Assembly (NCBI GenBank): GCA_022072165.1
Contig: JAJVIF010000001.1
Span: forward strand, 1,258,598 to 1,322,597
Reading direction: 5' to 3'
Length of the DNA stretch: 64,000 nucleotides
Source of the DNA: a bacterium
Lineage (GTDB): Bacteria > JAJVIF01
The translations under genes and the position numbers were made by a program. Below the pieces are notes generated by a model. That model was given only the letters and a program-made list of their open reading frames with translations. It searched no databases and had not been told where the DNA came from. Position 1 is the stretch's first letter. Every line of letters starts with the position of its first letter. Shown here in pieces: positions 1-9,481 of this stretch.

Positions 1-674
1 AGTACATCGTGCCGGTCTACTCCATGAAGAACTCCAGCGGCACCGACCCGGTCTTCTACAAACCCGACACCACCCAGGTGAACAACTACTTCTCCCACGC
101 CTACATCGAGGCGGTCAACATGCCGAACGGCTTTGGTGGGATGACCTACCTCTCCCCGCTGAACCTCTCAGTGACCGACCAGTTCAACTATGTTGAAACC
201 ACCGGGAACTACGCTGCACCGGCGGAGAAGTACAGCCAGACTCCCCACGGGCAATTCTGTGGTGGCATCGACCGGTACTCTTCCAGCGGCACCATCGGAC
301 TCTGGACCGGGTCCTATAACCCCTCCAAAGTCCCCCCGACCGGCGTCGGCCTGAACGACAAGCCCTACAACACCCGGAACTATTTTACAGTCGCCACCGG
401 CCGCATCAAAGACCTCTGGAGCGGTGGGACCTACACCGAGCTCATCAACCATGTCTTTGTCCACGAGATGGGGCATTCCCTGGGACTCCCCCACAACAGT
501 TCCAGCACCACCGGTAATCCGCAACTCTCCAAGCATGGCAGCAATGGTATCGGGATCATGGCGCCAGCGACCGGTCCCGGGGTGTCACACCTTTTCACCC
601 TGTCCGAACTCCAGTTCCTGAGAGGCGCGGATACGGTCGACTCGGTGATCTATCGCGGCCCGTACTACGAGTAG
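1..674 (+). CDS. Zinc metalloprotease, metzincin-like (5' partial, runs off the window start)
   Basis: The ORF is open to the window edge. The HEMGHSLGLPH motif (HExxHxxGxxH zinc site) lies at about nt 463-495. Gly/Ser/Thr-rich secreted-type sequence. Confidence 0.6.
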   Translation, partial: YIVPVYSMKNSSGTDPVFYKPDTTQVNNYFSHAYIEAVNMPNGFGGMTYLSPLNLSVTDQFNYVETTGNYAAPAEKYSQTPHGQFCGGIDRYSSSGTIGLWTGSYNPSKVPPTGVGLNDKPYNTRNYFTVATGRIKDLWSGGTYTELINHVFVHEMGHSLGLPHNSSSTTGNPQLSKHGSNGIGIMAPATGPGVSHLFTLSELQFLRGADTVDSVIYRGPYYE

Positions 675-710
675 CTCCCCAGATGCCCGGAGTGCGCTAC
701 GCTATGGCGC

Positions 711-1883
711 GTGGCACCCCAGGGAAGTAAAAGCGGGAAATCTGGGAAGTCCGGGAAGTCGGGCTCCAAAGGCTCCAGCAGTACGAAGGGTCCCCTGACC
801 CAGCGGATGGAGTCCGTGAAAGTCGATGCCCGGGACAATGTCCCGCGCACCGACGACTCTGCGGGACCGCTGATCTTCTTCCTGGTGCTGGTCTTTTTCG
901 CAGTCGGTGCAGTCGCCTGGCACTATTTCTCCCGCCTCATCGCCCCGGCTCCCCCGCCGGCCACTGTGGTCCCGACCGACACCGAACTCATCCAGGCTCC
1001 CGCGACCACCCTCCCCCTGGCGGTGCCATCGGCATCGGTCGTCACGAGCTTTGGCTACGACGACAGCGGGCGGTATCTGGTCCCCCTGCAGTCCACCGCT
1101 TCGGCGGACCCGGTCGCGACACTGAAAGCCCAGCTCAACGCGCTGGATCCGGCACCCGGCATTGAGCGGCTGCTCCCTGGCCAGACCCAGCTCCGTGACC
1201 TCCGACGCGAAGGCTCGCTGGTCCTCTGTGATCTCCCAGCGGAGCTGTTCGAACTCCTCCCTGGCGAAGGGGCCGCTCATGGGTTGCTGGAAGCCCTGAC
1301 CCATGCCATCACCGGCCTCGAAGGGGTCACCAAAGTGCAGTTTTTGATCGATGGGCAGGTCGAAGAAACCACTGAAGGGGGCATCGCTCTGGGAGAACCC
1401 TGGACTGTCCGCAATCCGCTGAACGTCATTGACGGGGGGCGGACAGGCACCGCCACCGGCACCTACTACTTTCTCGACGACACCAGCCGCTGGCTGGTGC
1501 CCGTGACACTGTCGTATTCCCCCGGCACTGCACCGTTGCGCTCCCGTCTCAATCGACTCATGGAAGGGCCACCCGCAGGCTCTGACCTGAAAAGCGTCAT
1601 TCCACCGCAACTCTCCCTCGAGAGCATCGAGTACGACAACGCCACCAGCACGCTCGGCCTCGCCTGGACAACCACAGAGCCACCGCAATCCTGGGGACTC
1701 TTCGACCCGCCCCACATGATGCAGGCGATACTCCGGACACTCAGCGAGGCAACTCCCATCCGGTCGGTCTGGATGACCATCAACGGCCAGGATGTCTGGA
1801 CAGTCGAGAGCTTCGCTCAGCACAAGTCCGCCATCAGCCAGTACCAGCTGATCAATCCAGTGAGTCCGCCAGCTACGCCGTAG
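711..1883 (+). CDS. Membrane-anchored GerMN-domain protein with an N-terminal KSG repeat
   Basis: GTG start, N-terminal (KSG)n, one TM helix (LIFFLVLVFFAVGAVAW), then two GerM-like motifs (YLVPLQS... and YYFLDDTSRWLVPVTLSY). The start codon is uncertain (alternative Met at 807). Confidence 0.5.
   Translation: MAPQGSKSGKSGKSGKSGSKGSSSTKGPLTQRMESVKVDARDNVPRTDDSAGPLIFFLVLVFFAVGAVAWHYFSRLIAPAPPPATVVPTDTELIQAPATTLPLAVPSASVVTSFGYDDSGRYLVPLQSTASADPVATLKAQLNALDPAPGIERLLPGQTQLRDLRREGSLVLCDLPAELFELLPGEGAAHGLLEALTHAITGLEGVTKVQFLIDGQVEETTEGGIALGEPWTVRNPLNVIDGGRTGTATGTYYFLDDTSRWLVPVTLSYSPGTAPLRSRLNRLMEGPPAGSDLKSVIPPQLSLESIEYDNATSTLGLAWTTTEPPQSWGLFDPPHMMQAILRTLSEATPIRSVWMTINGQDVWTVESFAQHKSAISQYQLINPVSPPATP
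729..764 (+). repeat. Coding 9-nt tandem repeat (AAR-TCN-GGN) x4 giving KSGKSGKSGKSG
   Basis: aaaagcggg / aaatctggg / aagtccggg / aagtcgggc read directly; in frame with the 711 ORF. Confidence 0.7.
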
Positions 1884-3078
1884 TGGTCCCCGGTGCCGGG
1901 GGGGCCAGATTAAACAGCGCCCAGGCATCCTCTTTGAGACGCAGCACAACGAAGTGTGTCACCTGCGGCTGACTGATCCCCTCTTCCATCAGATAGTGCT
2001 CCAGCCCCGGGCAGGCCCAGGTCAGGGTGTCATCAGGATTCACACGTCGAATGCGGGTCTTCAGCGGACGCAGCTTCAGATTTTTCACCGGTGTAAACGG
2101 CAGGATCGGCACGACATCCCAGACCGTAAAGGCCGGCTCCCGTGGGAGTAAGGGCAGGATGGTGTCCGCTGCACCGACCGCGATCGGCGTGTAGCGATCC
2201 CGGAAGTCCTGGTATTCCTGCCAGGCTTTGGGAGTCCGTTCCAGCACTGGCAGCCCTTCGAGTGCGATCATCCAGTCGGCCCGCACACTGGCGAGATACT
2301 CCGCATCCCGCGCCCGTCGATCTGCTTCCTTCACCTCCAGTTCGATCAGTCGTCGGAGTCGACGCTCCAGCCGGGATCCCAGGCTTCCCCGCTCGCTGTC
2401 CGGCAGATCCGCAGCTGCCAGCTGGGACAACGCGGCTTCGATCTCGCTCCGACTGTCGCTGTACACCGCGAGTCGGACCTCAATCGCCGACCACCAGGCG
2501 GGCATCGGCCCCGCAGCGAGCAGGACTTCCCGGGCGCTGTTCAGCCAGTCACGAATGATGGGATAGACGATCCACTCCGGGGCTACGGCGCGTTCCACGG
2601 CGGCCTGCGGCCAGCCCTGATCCGCCAGCCAGCGATTCCCGGAGGCGAAGAGGAGGTCGCGATGCACGGCGAAACGCTCCGCCGTGATCAGAGCGACCCG
2701 GTCGCGCTTCAGCTTGGTGGCATACGCGCTCAGCGGTACTCGTCGCTTGAGCGCGAACAGACGCAGCATCTCCAGCAGCAGGCTCATGCAATCAACAGGA
2801 GAATGGTGCAAATGCTGGCAGGTCGCCTCGAAGGCCCGGATGGCGCGCGGAATCTGACTATTCCGGACATACAGCAACGGAAAGAGGGGGTACTGCCCGA
2901 AATCCGCCACCTGCGCCTGGAGCTGGGATCGCCAGGCGGCTTCCAGCGCCGGGTTCCAGACCGCGTGGCCGTTCCCCTGCGCCATCAGCTCGACCAGCGC
3001 CTCCGCCTCGCAGACCCGCTGCTCTTCCACCAGAAATGTCAGGGTTGCTGGCAACAGCGTGGTAGCCGTCCGTGGCAT
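1873..3078 (-). CDS. Hypothetical protein (402 aa)
   Basis: Long ORF, with an ATG found at 3076-3078 (MPRTATTLL...). No recognisable motif. Converges on and overlaps the GerMN gene 3' end by 11 nt. Confidence 0.4.
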   Translation of the reverse strand: MPRTATTLLPATLTFLVEEQRVCEAEALVELMAQGNGHAVWNPALEAAWRSQLQAQVADFGQYPLFPLLYVRNSQIPRAIRAFEATCQHLHHSPVDCMSLLLEMLRLFALKRRVPLSAYATKLKRDRVALITAERFAVHRDLLFASGNRWLADQGWPQAAVERAVAPEWIVYPIIRDWLNSAREVLLAAGPMPAWWSAIEVRLAVYSDSRSEIEAALSQLAAADLPDSERGSLGSRLERRLRRLIELEVKEADRRARDAEYLASVRADWMIALEGLPVLERTPKAWQEYQDFRDRYTPIAVGAADTILPLLPREPAFTVWDVVPILPFTPVKNLKLRPLKTRIRRVNPDDTLTWACPGLEHYLMEEGISQPQVTHFVVLRLKEDAWALFNLAPPAPGTTTA

Positions 3079-3278
3079 GCCGCGTCCTCCGTCCGATACT
3101 GCTGAAGTTTCTGCCGGACAGCCCCTCCGATCAGGGCAGCCTCTCCTCCGACCCACTGAAAGCGGGCCGGAAGCTCTACCATAGTATCGGGAGCATTCAG
3201 TCGAATTAACCCCCGGAACAGAAAACTCCAGCCGTCGTCTGATGCTCTGTCACCTACTAGTCAGCCGGAGCCCCGCCC

Positions 3279-4241
3279 GTGATCCGACTTTCCCGCTTCA
3301 TTTGGCCCCTCGTGGGGCTGTTGAGCCTCCTGTTGATGCTGCAGGCCAATGCCGGCAGCGGTGGACTTCTCCGTGGAGCAAAGGCCCCCACTCCAGGCGC
3401 GGGCACCACCCGGGAGTCGCTGACCATCGATGGTCGACAGCGGACCTATCTCGTCCACTTGCCCCGGGGATATGACGGCTCCGAGCCCCTCCCGCTGGTC
3501 CTGGTCTTCCACGGCGGGGGCGGTTCCGGTCCGAACGCTGAAACGATGAGCCAGTTCAGCCCCAAAGCGGATCGCGAGCACTTCATCGTGGTGTACCCCG
3601 AGGGGACCAATCGTCGCCACACCGACAAACTGTTGACCTGGAACGCCGGGCAATGCTGTGGCTATGCCGCAGACGCCCAGGTCAATGATGTCGGCTTCAT
3701 TCGAACTCTCCTCGACACACTGACCCGGCAATACGCCGTTGACCCCGCCCGGATCTATGCCACTGGGCTCTCCAATGGCGGGGCGATGACGCATCGACTG
3801 GGCCTGGAGCTCAGCGACCGGCTGGCGGCAATCGCGCCGGTCGGAGCGCCGGGAGAAGTCGTGGGGAAAGCAGGGGGTCAGCCCATCTCAGTGCTCATCA
3901 TCCACGGCACCGAGGATCAGCATGTCCCGGTCGCCGGTGGAGTGGGCCGCAAGTCCGTGGCAAAGCTGGTCTGGACCCCGCTCGCGGATACCGTGGCGTA
4001 CTGGGTTCAGGCAAGCCATGCCACGACTCCGCCCCGTATCACGGAAACCAGCATCCTGCGCAAAGAGGAATACCCTGCCAGCGCCAGGGGAGAGGACGTC
4101 ATGCTGGTCCTGGTAAAGGGGCTTGGGCATACCTGGCCTGGCGGAGTCGCGGGCTGGAAAGGCGCGGATGAACCGGGGACCGCCTTCAACGCCACCGATT
4201 TCATCTGCGAATTCTTCTGGGACCACCCGAAGCGTCACTAA
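3279..4241 (+). CDS. Secreted alpha/beta-hydrolase esterase, PHB-depolymerase (LpqC-like) family
   Basis: Signal peptide, then LVLVFHGGGGSG, the GLSNGG nucleophile elbow and IHGTEDQHVP. GTG start. Confidence 0.7.
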   Translation: MIRLSRFIWPLVGLLSLLLMLQANAGSGGLLRGAKAPTPGAGTTRESLTIDGRQRTYLVHLPRGYDGSEPLPLVLVFHGGGGSGPNAETMSQFSPKADREHFIVVYPEGTNRRHTDKLLTWNAGQCCGYAADAQVNDVGFIRTLLDTLTRQYAVDPARIYATGLSNGGAMTHRLGLELSDRLAAIAPVGAPGEVVGKAGGQPISVLIIHGTEDQHVPVAGGVGRKSVAKLVWTPLADTVAYWVQASHATTPPRITETSILRKEEYPASARGEDVMLVLVKGLGHTWPGGVAGWKGADEPGTAFNATDFICEFFWDHPKRH

Positions 4242-4413
4242 CCCGGAGATCAGGCGTCGGCCTGCGGGAACTTCCGTGCTGGCATGACGTCTCATGCACA
4301 AAAAGCACCGTCGGGCAGCAATGGTCGACGGGTTCCCGGGCTCCCTGGTGCCAGACAGGGGGCCCTCCTTGCGTTGGGGGGAACCAGGCTGGCAGCAGGA
4401 GATGTGTGCAGGG

Positions 4414-4896
4414 CTAGTGCAGACTCTGCAAGGTGCCATCGTGGGGATGGACCTGCCCATCCCGGCCCGTGGTCCCCTCCAGATGGGCGATGCGGGCTTC
4501 CAGCGACTCCAGCTGTCCGTTGATGATGCCAAGCACCTGATCGACAAGCTGATTGACGATAGCAGGGCGTTCCAGCGCGGCCTGGATCATCTGGGTGAGA
4601 GCTTCACGCAGCAGGTGATCGGAGGGTGTCCCGGGAACAGCACGATGCAGTCTGGTCTCCTCGGGCATCAGGAGCGCCCCATCGGTCTGCTCATCGATGA
4701 ACTCTTTGAGGGGACAGTCCAGCACTTCGGCGATCCGCTGGAGCGCTTTGAGGCTGGGGAACTCCTCCCCCCGTTCAATGGCGGAGATGTACCCCTGTGA
4801 GAGTCCGGCGGCTTCCGCCAGCTTCTTCTGGGTCCACATTTTTCCTCGGGAAAAGCGAGCGCGGCGCACTTTGTCGCCGATTGCATGGGTGTCCAC
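4414..4896 (-). CDS. XRE-family HTH transcriptional regulator
   Basis: HTH_3 motif QKKLAEAAGLSQGYISAIERGEEFPSLKALQRIAEVL. In-frame GTG at 4894-4896 preceded by AGGAGGG 7 nt upstream. The ORF track extends to 4998. Confidence 0.7.
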   Translation of the reverse strand: MDTHAIGDKVRRARFSRGKMWTQKKLAEAAGLSQGYISAIERGEEFPSLKALQRIAEVLDCPLKEFIDEQTDGALLMPEETRLHRAVPGTPSDHLLREALTQMIQAALERPAIVNQLVDQVLGIINGQLESLEARIAHLEGTTGRDGQVHPHDGTLQSLH

Positions 4897-4997
4897 CTGA
4901 CCACCCTCCTTGCGCCTGTTGTTGTTATCCGGGGAGACCAGTAGTGGCCTGGAGTGTCGTCTGGTATCCCGTGCGCCTACTGCGAGGGAGGGTAGCA

Positions 4998-5150
4998 ATG
5001 GGGGCCACTAAAAGCAACACTATAGAGAGAGTCGCTGCTATGTACGACTTCGAGATGCGAGGCCAAAATCCGCTCAAATGCCGATTCTGGCTACACATCC
5101 GATGTCAGGTGTGTGGTCAAAAATGCCCTAATCTTTGTCAGGACTTCTGA
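4998..5150 (+). CDS. Small Cys-rich ORF (50 aa) divergent from the XRE regulator, AT-rich
   Basis: ATG at 4998 with GGGAGGG 6 nt upstream. Protein MGATKSNTIERVAAMYDFEMRGQNPLKCRFWLHIRCQVCGQKCPNLCQDF. Codons are A/T-ending, atypical for this genome. It is the in-frame tail of the 4797..5150 track ORF. Confidence 0.3.
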   Translation: MGATKSNTIERVAAMYDFEMRGQNPLKCRFWLHIRCQVCGQKCPNLCQDF

Positions 5151-5169
5151 GATCAATCACGTATTATGT

Positions 5170-7146
5170 CTACTCCTGGTCCTCCTGCTGTTCGGGTTCC
5201 CCCGACTCATCCCCCTCGCTTTTGGGCTCGCGTTCCTCATCAGTGGATGCTGGCTCCCCGGACTCGGGCTTCTTCGCTTCTTCCTCGGCAGCGCTCCCCG
5301 AAGCCGGAACGTCCTTTGACTCACCCGCTACTGCGCCTGCCGAGCCTTCCGCTGCTGGGGCTTCCGGTGCTTCTTCCGCAACGTTGGGATCCCGCAGCGT
5401 ATGCGCACTTTCGCCGGGCAGGGGACTTAAGGTGACACCTCCCTCGATGTCGCTCGGCTTTTGATCATCGGTGTTCACGATCAGTGCACTTTCGACATGC
5501 CCATACGCCTCGAACACATCGCTGGAAAGATGCAGGATCCCCAGGTCCGCCAGCACCATCTGCTTGTCGCGTCGACGCATCTGCACTTCGCCGGTGAGTG
5601 TCAGCTGGTCGCTGCCCTTCTCGTAACTGATGGCGTCGGCCCGGCTCCACTGGTGGGGCTGCCGCATCCGGACATTCCCCTCCGCTTCGAGATCTTCGGT
5701 GTCCAGGCGTACCACCACGCGCTCGGCCCAGCCTTCTGCTGGACGACGCGCGTCTTCTTTGACCTTCTCGTCCTCATCGGGCTCGATGACCTCATAGGTG
5801 AAGAGCCAGTCGCCACTCGTCTGCTGCCCCCAGACTGCGCCTTCAGCGATCAGCACCTGGCCTCCATACTCGCTTGGTGGAATCGCTTCGAGGTCTGTGG
5901 CTTCGGCCGAAGGGTTCCCCTCCTCATCCACAAACGCCCCCGGCTGGAACGTGATGCCCTGTTCCCGGACCTGCTCCGGTGTGAGATGCACCGTTTCCTG
6001 GCCCACCAGCATGATGGCTGGCGGGGCGTCGGCGGGGTCCTCCCACACGCGGGGGGAGTCATCCAGGATGACTTTGGCCGCCTTCGCTTCTTTATCGGCC
6101 TGTTTCCAGTGGACCGCCCCATCGAAGTGGGTCAGCTTCCGGTGCTCCTCATGTAGCAGCTTGTCGCAGGTGAGCGTACTGGCCACTGCCAGCAGTGCTT
6201 TGAGGAGCTTAGAGTCTCTCTTTTCCACCAGATCGTGGGTGTAGAGCCATTGGCCATCGACCTGCCAGAGTTCCACGGCCCCATCCATGACCAGTTGCTC
6301 ATCGGGAGTTTTAACGTAGTGAATATCCCGGGCTTTGGCGGTCCGCCCTTCCTGGACGATGGTCGCGACTCCGGGAGTCTCCGGCTCGACCCACAGATGG
6401 AACTCTTTCGTCCCCCACCAGTAGTGCAGGTTGTCCCCGGTGAGGGTGGTCTCCCGCTCCCGGAGGGCGTTTTCCAGTTTTTGACGTCGCGAGGGCTTCG
6501 CCGGCAGGGGCTTCGGTTGCTTGGCATACACCAGGGCTTTGACCGCCCCAACAGCGGTCATTTTCTTCACGTCATCGGAATACTCCAGGGTCAGGTCGAG
6601 CGTGTTCAACACGCCATCCTTGCTCTCGACCTCTACCCCCCCCTCGCCCCAGAACATCGCGACTTCATGCTTTTCATCCAGGAATCCCTGAGCCGCCCGG
6701 ACAATGGTGTCTTCGTAAGTAACCACGACATTCCCTTCGAGGGTCACCAGTTCCTCAACCCGGTCCTGGATGATCAGGTCAGCCTGGATGTCGGCGAACT
6801 TCGTCCCTGGTCGCGCCTGGATCGTGACATTGGGAGGCGGCGGCAGGGGCCCGGGCATGGCTGAAGGGTCGAAGAAGATTTCAGGATCCAGCGATGGGAG
6901 GTCGCTCAGATTGGGGAGCGGCGGACCTGCGATCCCCTCCCGGGACTCTTGATACGTGATCGCCGGGGGGGTGTACGGCGGCGGCACCGTCTGATCAGGC
7001 GTCACTTCCGCCTCCACCTCTGGAGTGGTTTCGTCTTGCTCCTCCGATTCCAGCGGCTCAATGAGCCCCTGACCATAAGCCGCTCCCAGCGGCAGATGGA
7101 GGGCCAGGCAGAGGAGACTCAGCGACAGGGGGAGGCGACGCATCAC
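5170..7146 (-). CDS. Large secreted OstA/LptA-like domain protein with an acidic C-terminal tail (658 aa)
   Basis: Signal peptide. LptA-like beta-jellyroll pattern (ADLIIQDRVEELVTLEGNVVVTYEDTIVRAAQGF...). C-terminal E/D/K-rich tail. 4-nt overlap with the upstream gene. Confidence 0.45.
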   Translation of the reverse strand: MMRRLPLSLSLLCLALHLPLGAAYGQGLIEPLESEEQDETTPEVEAEVTPDQTVPPPYTPPAITYQESREGIAGPPLPNLSDLPSLDPEIFFDPSAMPGPLPPPPNVTIQARPGTKFADIQADLIIQDRVEELVTLEGNVVVTYEDTIVRAAQGFLDEKHEVAMFWGEGGVEVESKDGVLNTLDLTLEYSDDVKKMTAVGAVKALVYAKQPKPLPAKPSRRQKLENALRERETTLTGDNLHYWWGTKEFHLWVEPETPGVATIVQEGRTAKARDIHYVKTPDEQLVMDGAVELWQVDGQWLYTHDLVEKRDSKLLKALLAVASTLTCDKLLHEEHRKLTHFDGAVHWKQADKEAKAAKVILDDSPRVWEDPADAPPAIMLVGQETVHLTPEQVREQGITFQPGAFVDEEGNPSAEATDLEAIPPSEYGGQVLIAEGAVWGQQTSGDWLFTYEVIEPDEDEKVKEDARRPAEGWAERVVVRLDTEDLEAEGNVRMRQPHQWSRADAISYEKGSDQLTLTGEVQMRRRDKQMVLADLGILHLSSDVFEAYGHVESALIVNTDDQKPSDIEGGVTLSPLPGESAHTLRDPNVAEEAPEAPAAEGSAGAVAGESKDVPASGSAAEEEAKKPESGEPASTDEEREPKSEGDESGEPEQQEDQE

Positions 7147-8873
7147 TCCTCCTCCCGGGCTTCATCGATCTTGCGGGCGTACTTCTCCGGCATCTCGATG
7201 GTCACTTTACGCGCCTGGTAGACTTCGTACCGCCGGACATCGAGGAACAGCCGCAGTTCATCGGCATCGATCCGCTCCCCCTTGGTGTTGGAGAAGTCGA
7301 CGTTTCCTTTGAGGGTCATCCATTCATCCCGATCGTGATACTCCCCGTATTCCGCCCAGGCCCGCTGGTCCTTCTGGACGACCTTGACCTGCCCGACACA
7401 GTAGAGGTATCCCGGCTCGGTGTAGGACATCGCCGCATCACAGTAGATGGTCGTCGCTTTCCGGGCATCCTCCCGGGCGCGTTCCTCTTCGACATCATCC
7501 AGCATCCCCGCTTTGGCCATCCAGTCGCCGGACGCCTGATGAATCACGACCTCGCCATCGGCTTCCATCACGCCGATTTCGTCGTGATTGATGATGTACC
7601 TGGCGGTCAGCCGCTTGTCCTTTTGGACCGCTTCCACGCCTCCCCAGGCTTCCACCAGTCCCTGCTTCCACCAGACCCGCATCTGATCCCCATAGAGGCT
7701 GGTGGTTTCCTTCGCGATGGCCCGCGCCGCCTTCTTGGCGTCCTTTTTCACCCGGTCTTCCAGCGACTCGGCATAAAACAGGACATCCTGGCGGGGCTCC
7801 AGGCGCTTGGCCTTCATGTCGATGTCCAGCAAATCGGCAAAGAGTCGCTTGTTCTTTTGCCAGGCGAAGACCTGCCGCTCGCGACGTTCAATCAGAGGCT
7901 GCGGAATCAGGGGGCCATAGAAGCGATCGATTTCCTCAGCGGATTTCTCCTGCCCTGCCAGGTACTCTTCGACCGCCTCCAGCTCCACCATCAGCGGGTT
8001 GCGATTTTTGTTCTCCGGCCGCAGGAGCCGCTGACTCGCGGGCTGGAACGCCCCGATCCGCCAGCGACGCAGCGCGGTGGCGGGGACATAGGGGTAGCAG
8101 GTCGCCTGGCGGGTGGTCTTGTCGTAGTAGACATACTCTGCGGCCACCCAGAGCCCTGCTTTGTCGTCGTCTTCGCCCGGTTTGGCGTCTTCAGGGTCCA
8201 GAATCCCTTCACGGGTCAGCAGATTCGGACGCTCGATTCCCCGCAGATACATCCGGACCGACCCGATGAACTCCAGGTGCGTGAGATCCCGGTCAGCGTA
8301 GAGGGAGTCCGCGATGATGTGATTCTCCTCAATCCGCATATCGACTGCGCCTGGACAGCGCAGTTCCTCGGTGTTTTCGTACCACGTCAGGTGGTTTGTC
8401 AGGAGGCGGGTGCTCCCCTCCCGGTCAATGAGCGACACGTTGTCATAGAGATGCAGCACCTTCACACGATTCTCAAATGCTGCCCGGTCCGCCTGTCCCG
8501 TGAGGTTAATCTGCCCATCCTTGAAGATGTGGAGCTGCTGCAGCGACTCCAGGCGGTTTTCCTGCAGTTCTCCGAACTTCACGGCCTTCACCGAGAAGAC
8601 TTCCCACGTTTTGCCCTTGTCGTCGTAGCCCGCAGCCCGAAGCCGCTCCACCTCGCTGACATCCGTCCGGTCTTCAGTGAAGACTGTTTGCAACTGCTCC
8701 CGGGAGCGGACCGTCGAGAGCCAGATCATCCAGGTCAGACTCCCCAAAATCAGAAACGCCACCAGCCCATCCCGGAGACCAACCAGCCATGGATACCGCC
8801 GCAACAGATCGACCGGCCCGTCATCAGCGGGCGGTTCGATCAGCGGAATCACATGGCGCTGGGTCTCTTCCAT
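7143..8873 (-). CDS. Membrane-anchored LptC/OstA-like protein (576 aa)
   Basis: Single N-terminal TM (LVAFLILGSLTWMIWL) followed by OstA-like strands (VKVLHLYDNVSLIDREG...). Translationally coupled to 5170..7146. Confidence 0.4.
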   Translation of the reverse strand: MEETQRHVIPLIEPPADDGPVDLLRRYPWLVGLRDGLVAFLILGSLTWMIWLSTVRSREQLQTVFTEDRTDVSEVERLRAAGYDDKGKTWEVFSVKAVKFGELQENRLESLQQLHIFKDGQINLTGQADRAAFENRVKVLHLYDNVSLIDREGSTRLLTNHLTWYENTEELRCPGAVDMRIEENHIIADSLYADRDLTHLEFIGSVRMYLRGIERPNLLTREGILDPEDAKPGEDDDKAGLWVAAEYVYYDKTTRQATCYPYVPATALRRWRIGAFQPASQRLLRPENKNRNPLMVELEAVEEYLAGQEKSAEEIDRFYGPLIPQPLIERRERQVFAWQKNKRLFADLLDIDMKAKRLEPRQDVLFYAESLEDRVKKDAKKAARAIAKETTSLYGDQMRVWWKQGLVEAWGGVEAVQKDKRLTARYIINHDEIGVMEADGEVVIHQASGDWMAKAGMLDDVEEERAREDARKATTIYCDAAMSYTEPGYLYCVGQVKVVQKDQRAWAEYGEYHDRDEWMTLKGNVDFSNTKGERIDADELRLFLDVRRYEVYQARKVTIEMPEKYARKIDEAREEE

Positions 8874-9092
8874 GCGGTGGTCTGACGCCTTCGCTCCCTC
8901 CTGCGGAGCATTCTAACGAGGCCCGGAGGCAGCGGCACCTCTGAGCTTATGTAGCTTAGGCAATAGGAGGGCCAGAATCAGCGGGACGTTCAGCAGTTGC
9001 TGGCCTCTTCCTGTGCCGGTACCCATGGGAAAGCCCCCACCGTTACGCGATGGGGGCTGGAAGGTGTCGTGGCGGGACTCCGTGGGACGTTG

Positions 9093-9431
9093 CTAGGCGG
9101 CGTAGCTCGCCATCGCCTGCTCTTCGGTGTCGTAAATCTGGAACACCTTATTCAGCCGGGTGAGCTGGAAGATGTTCTTGACCTCATCCTGAGGACCCCA
9201 CATCCGCAAGTCGCCATTCTGGCGGGTCGCGAGTTTGAGGCCACTCACGAGCACCCCAAGGCCAGCGGAGTCGAGATAGGAGATGTCAGACAGGTTCACC
9301 AGGACGCGGTGATAGCCGGAGTTGATCTTCTCCATGAGGCGTTCTTTGAGGTCGGGAGCCGCCTTCGCATCGAGCTCGCCCTTGATATCGAAGATCAGGA
9401 CGGTTTCGTGCTCACGGGTAGCGATGTCCAT
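9093..9431 (-). CDS. STAS-domain anti-sigma-factor antagonist (SpoIIAA/RsbV-like)
   Basis: MDIATREHETVLIFDIKGELDAKAAPDLKE...LSDISYLDSAGLGVLV, with the conserved phospho-Ser context DSAGLG. Confidence 0.75.
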   Translation of the reverse strand: MDIATREHETVLIFDIKGELDAKAAPDLKERLMEKINSGYHRVLVNLSDISYLDSAGLGVLVSGLKLATRQNGDLRMWGPQDEVKNIFQLTRLNKVFQIYDTEEQAMASYAA

Positions 9432-9481
9432 ACGTACGAGTCCTCCTTGCAGGGTCCCTGACAGCACACAGCAGGCCAGCG

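Noticed and set aside
702-1949. 415-aa minus-strand ORF
   Set aside because: It is antisense to the GerMN-domain gene and its translation is the Arg/Gly/Pro-rich low-complexity sequence typical of high-GC shadow frames.
4294-4800. 168-aa plus-strand ORF
   Set aside because: Antisense to the XRE regulator, which has a clear HTH motif and RBS.
7335-8885. 516-aa plus-strand ORF
   Set aside because: Antisense shadow of the LptC-like gene, with no motifs.
9040-9075. Hairpin AGCCCCC-accgttacgcgat-GGGGGCT downstream of the STAS gene
   Set aside because: There is no adjacent U-run on the coding (minus) strand, so I cannot call it a terminator.
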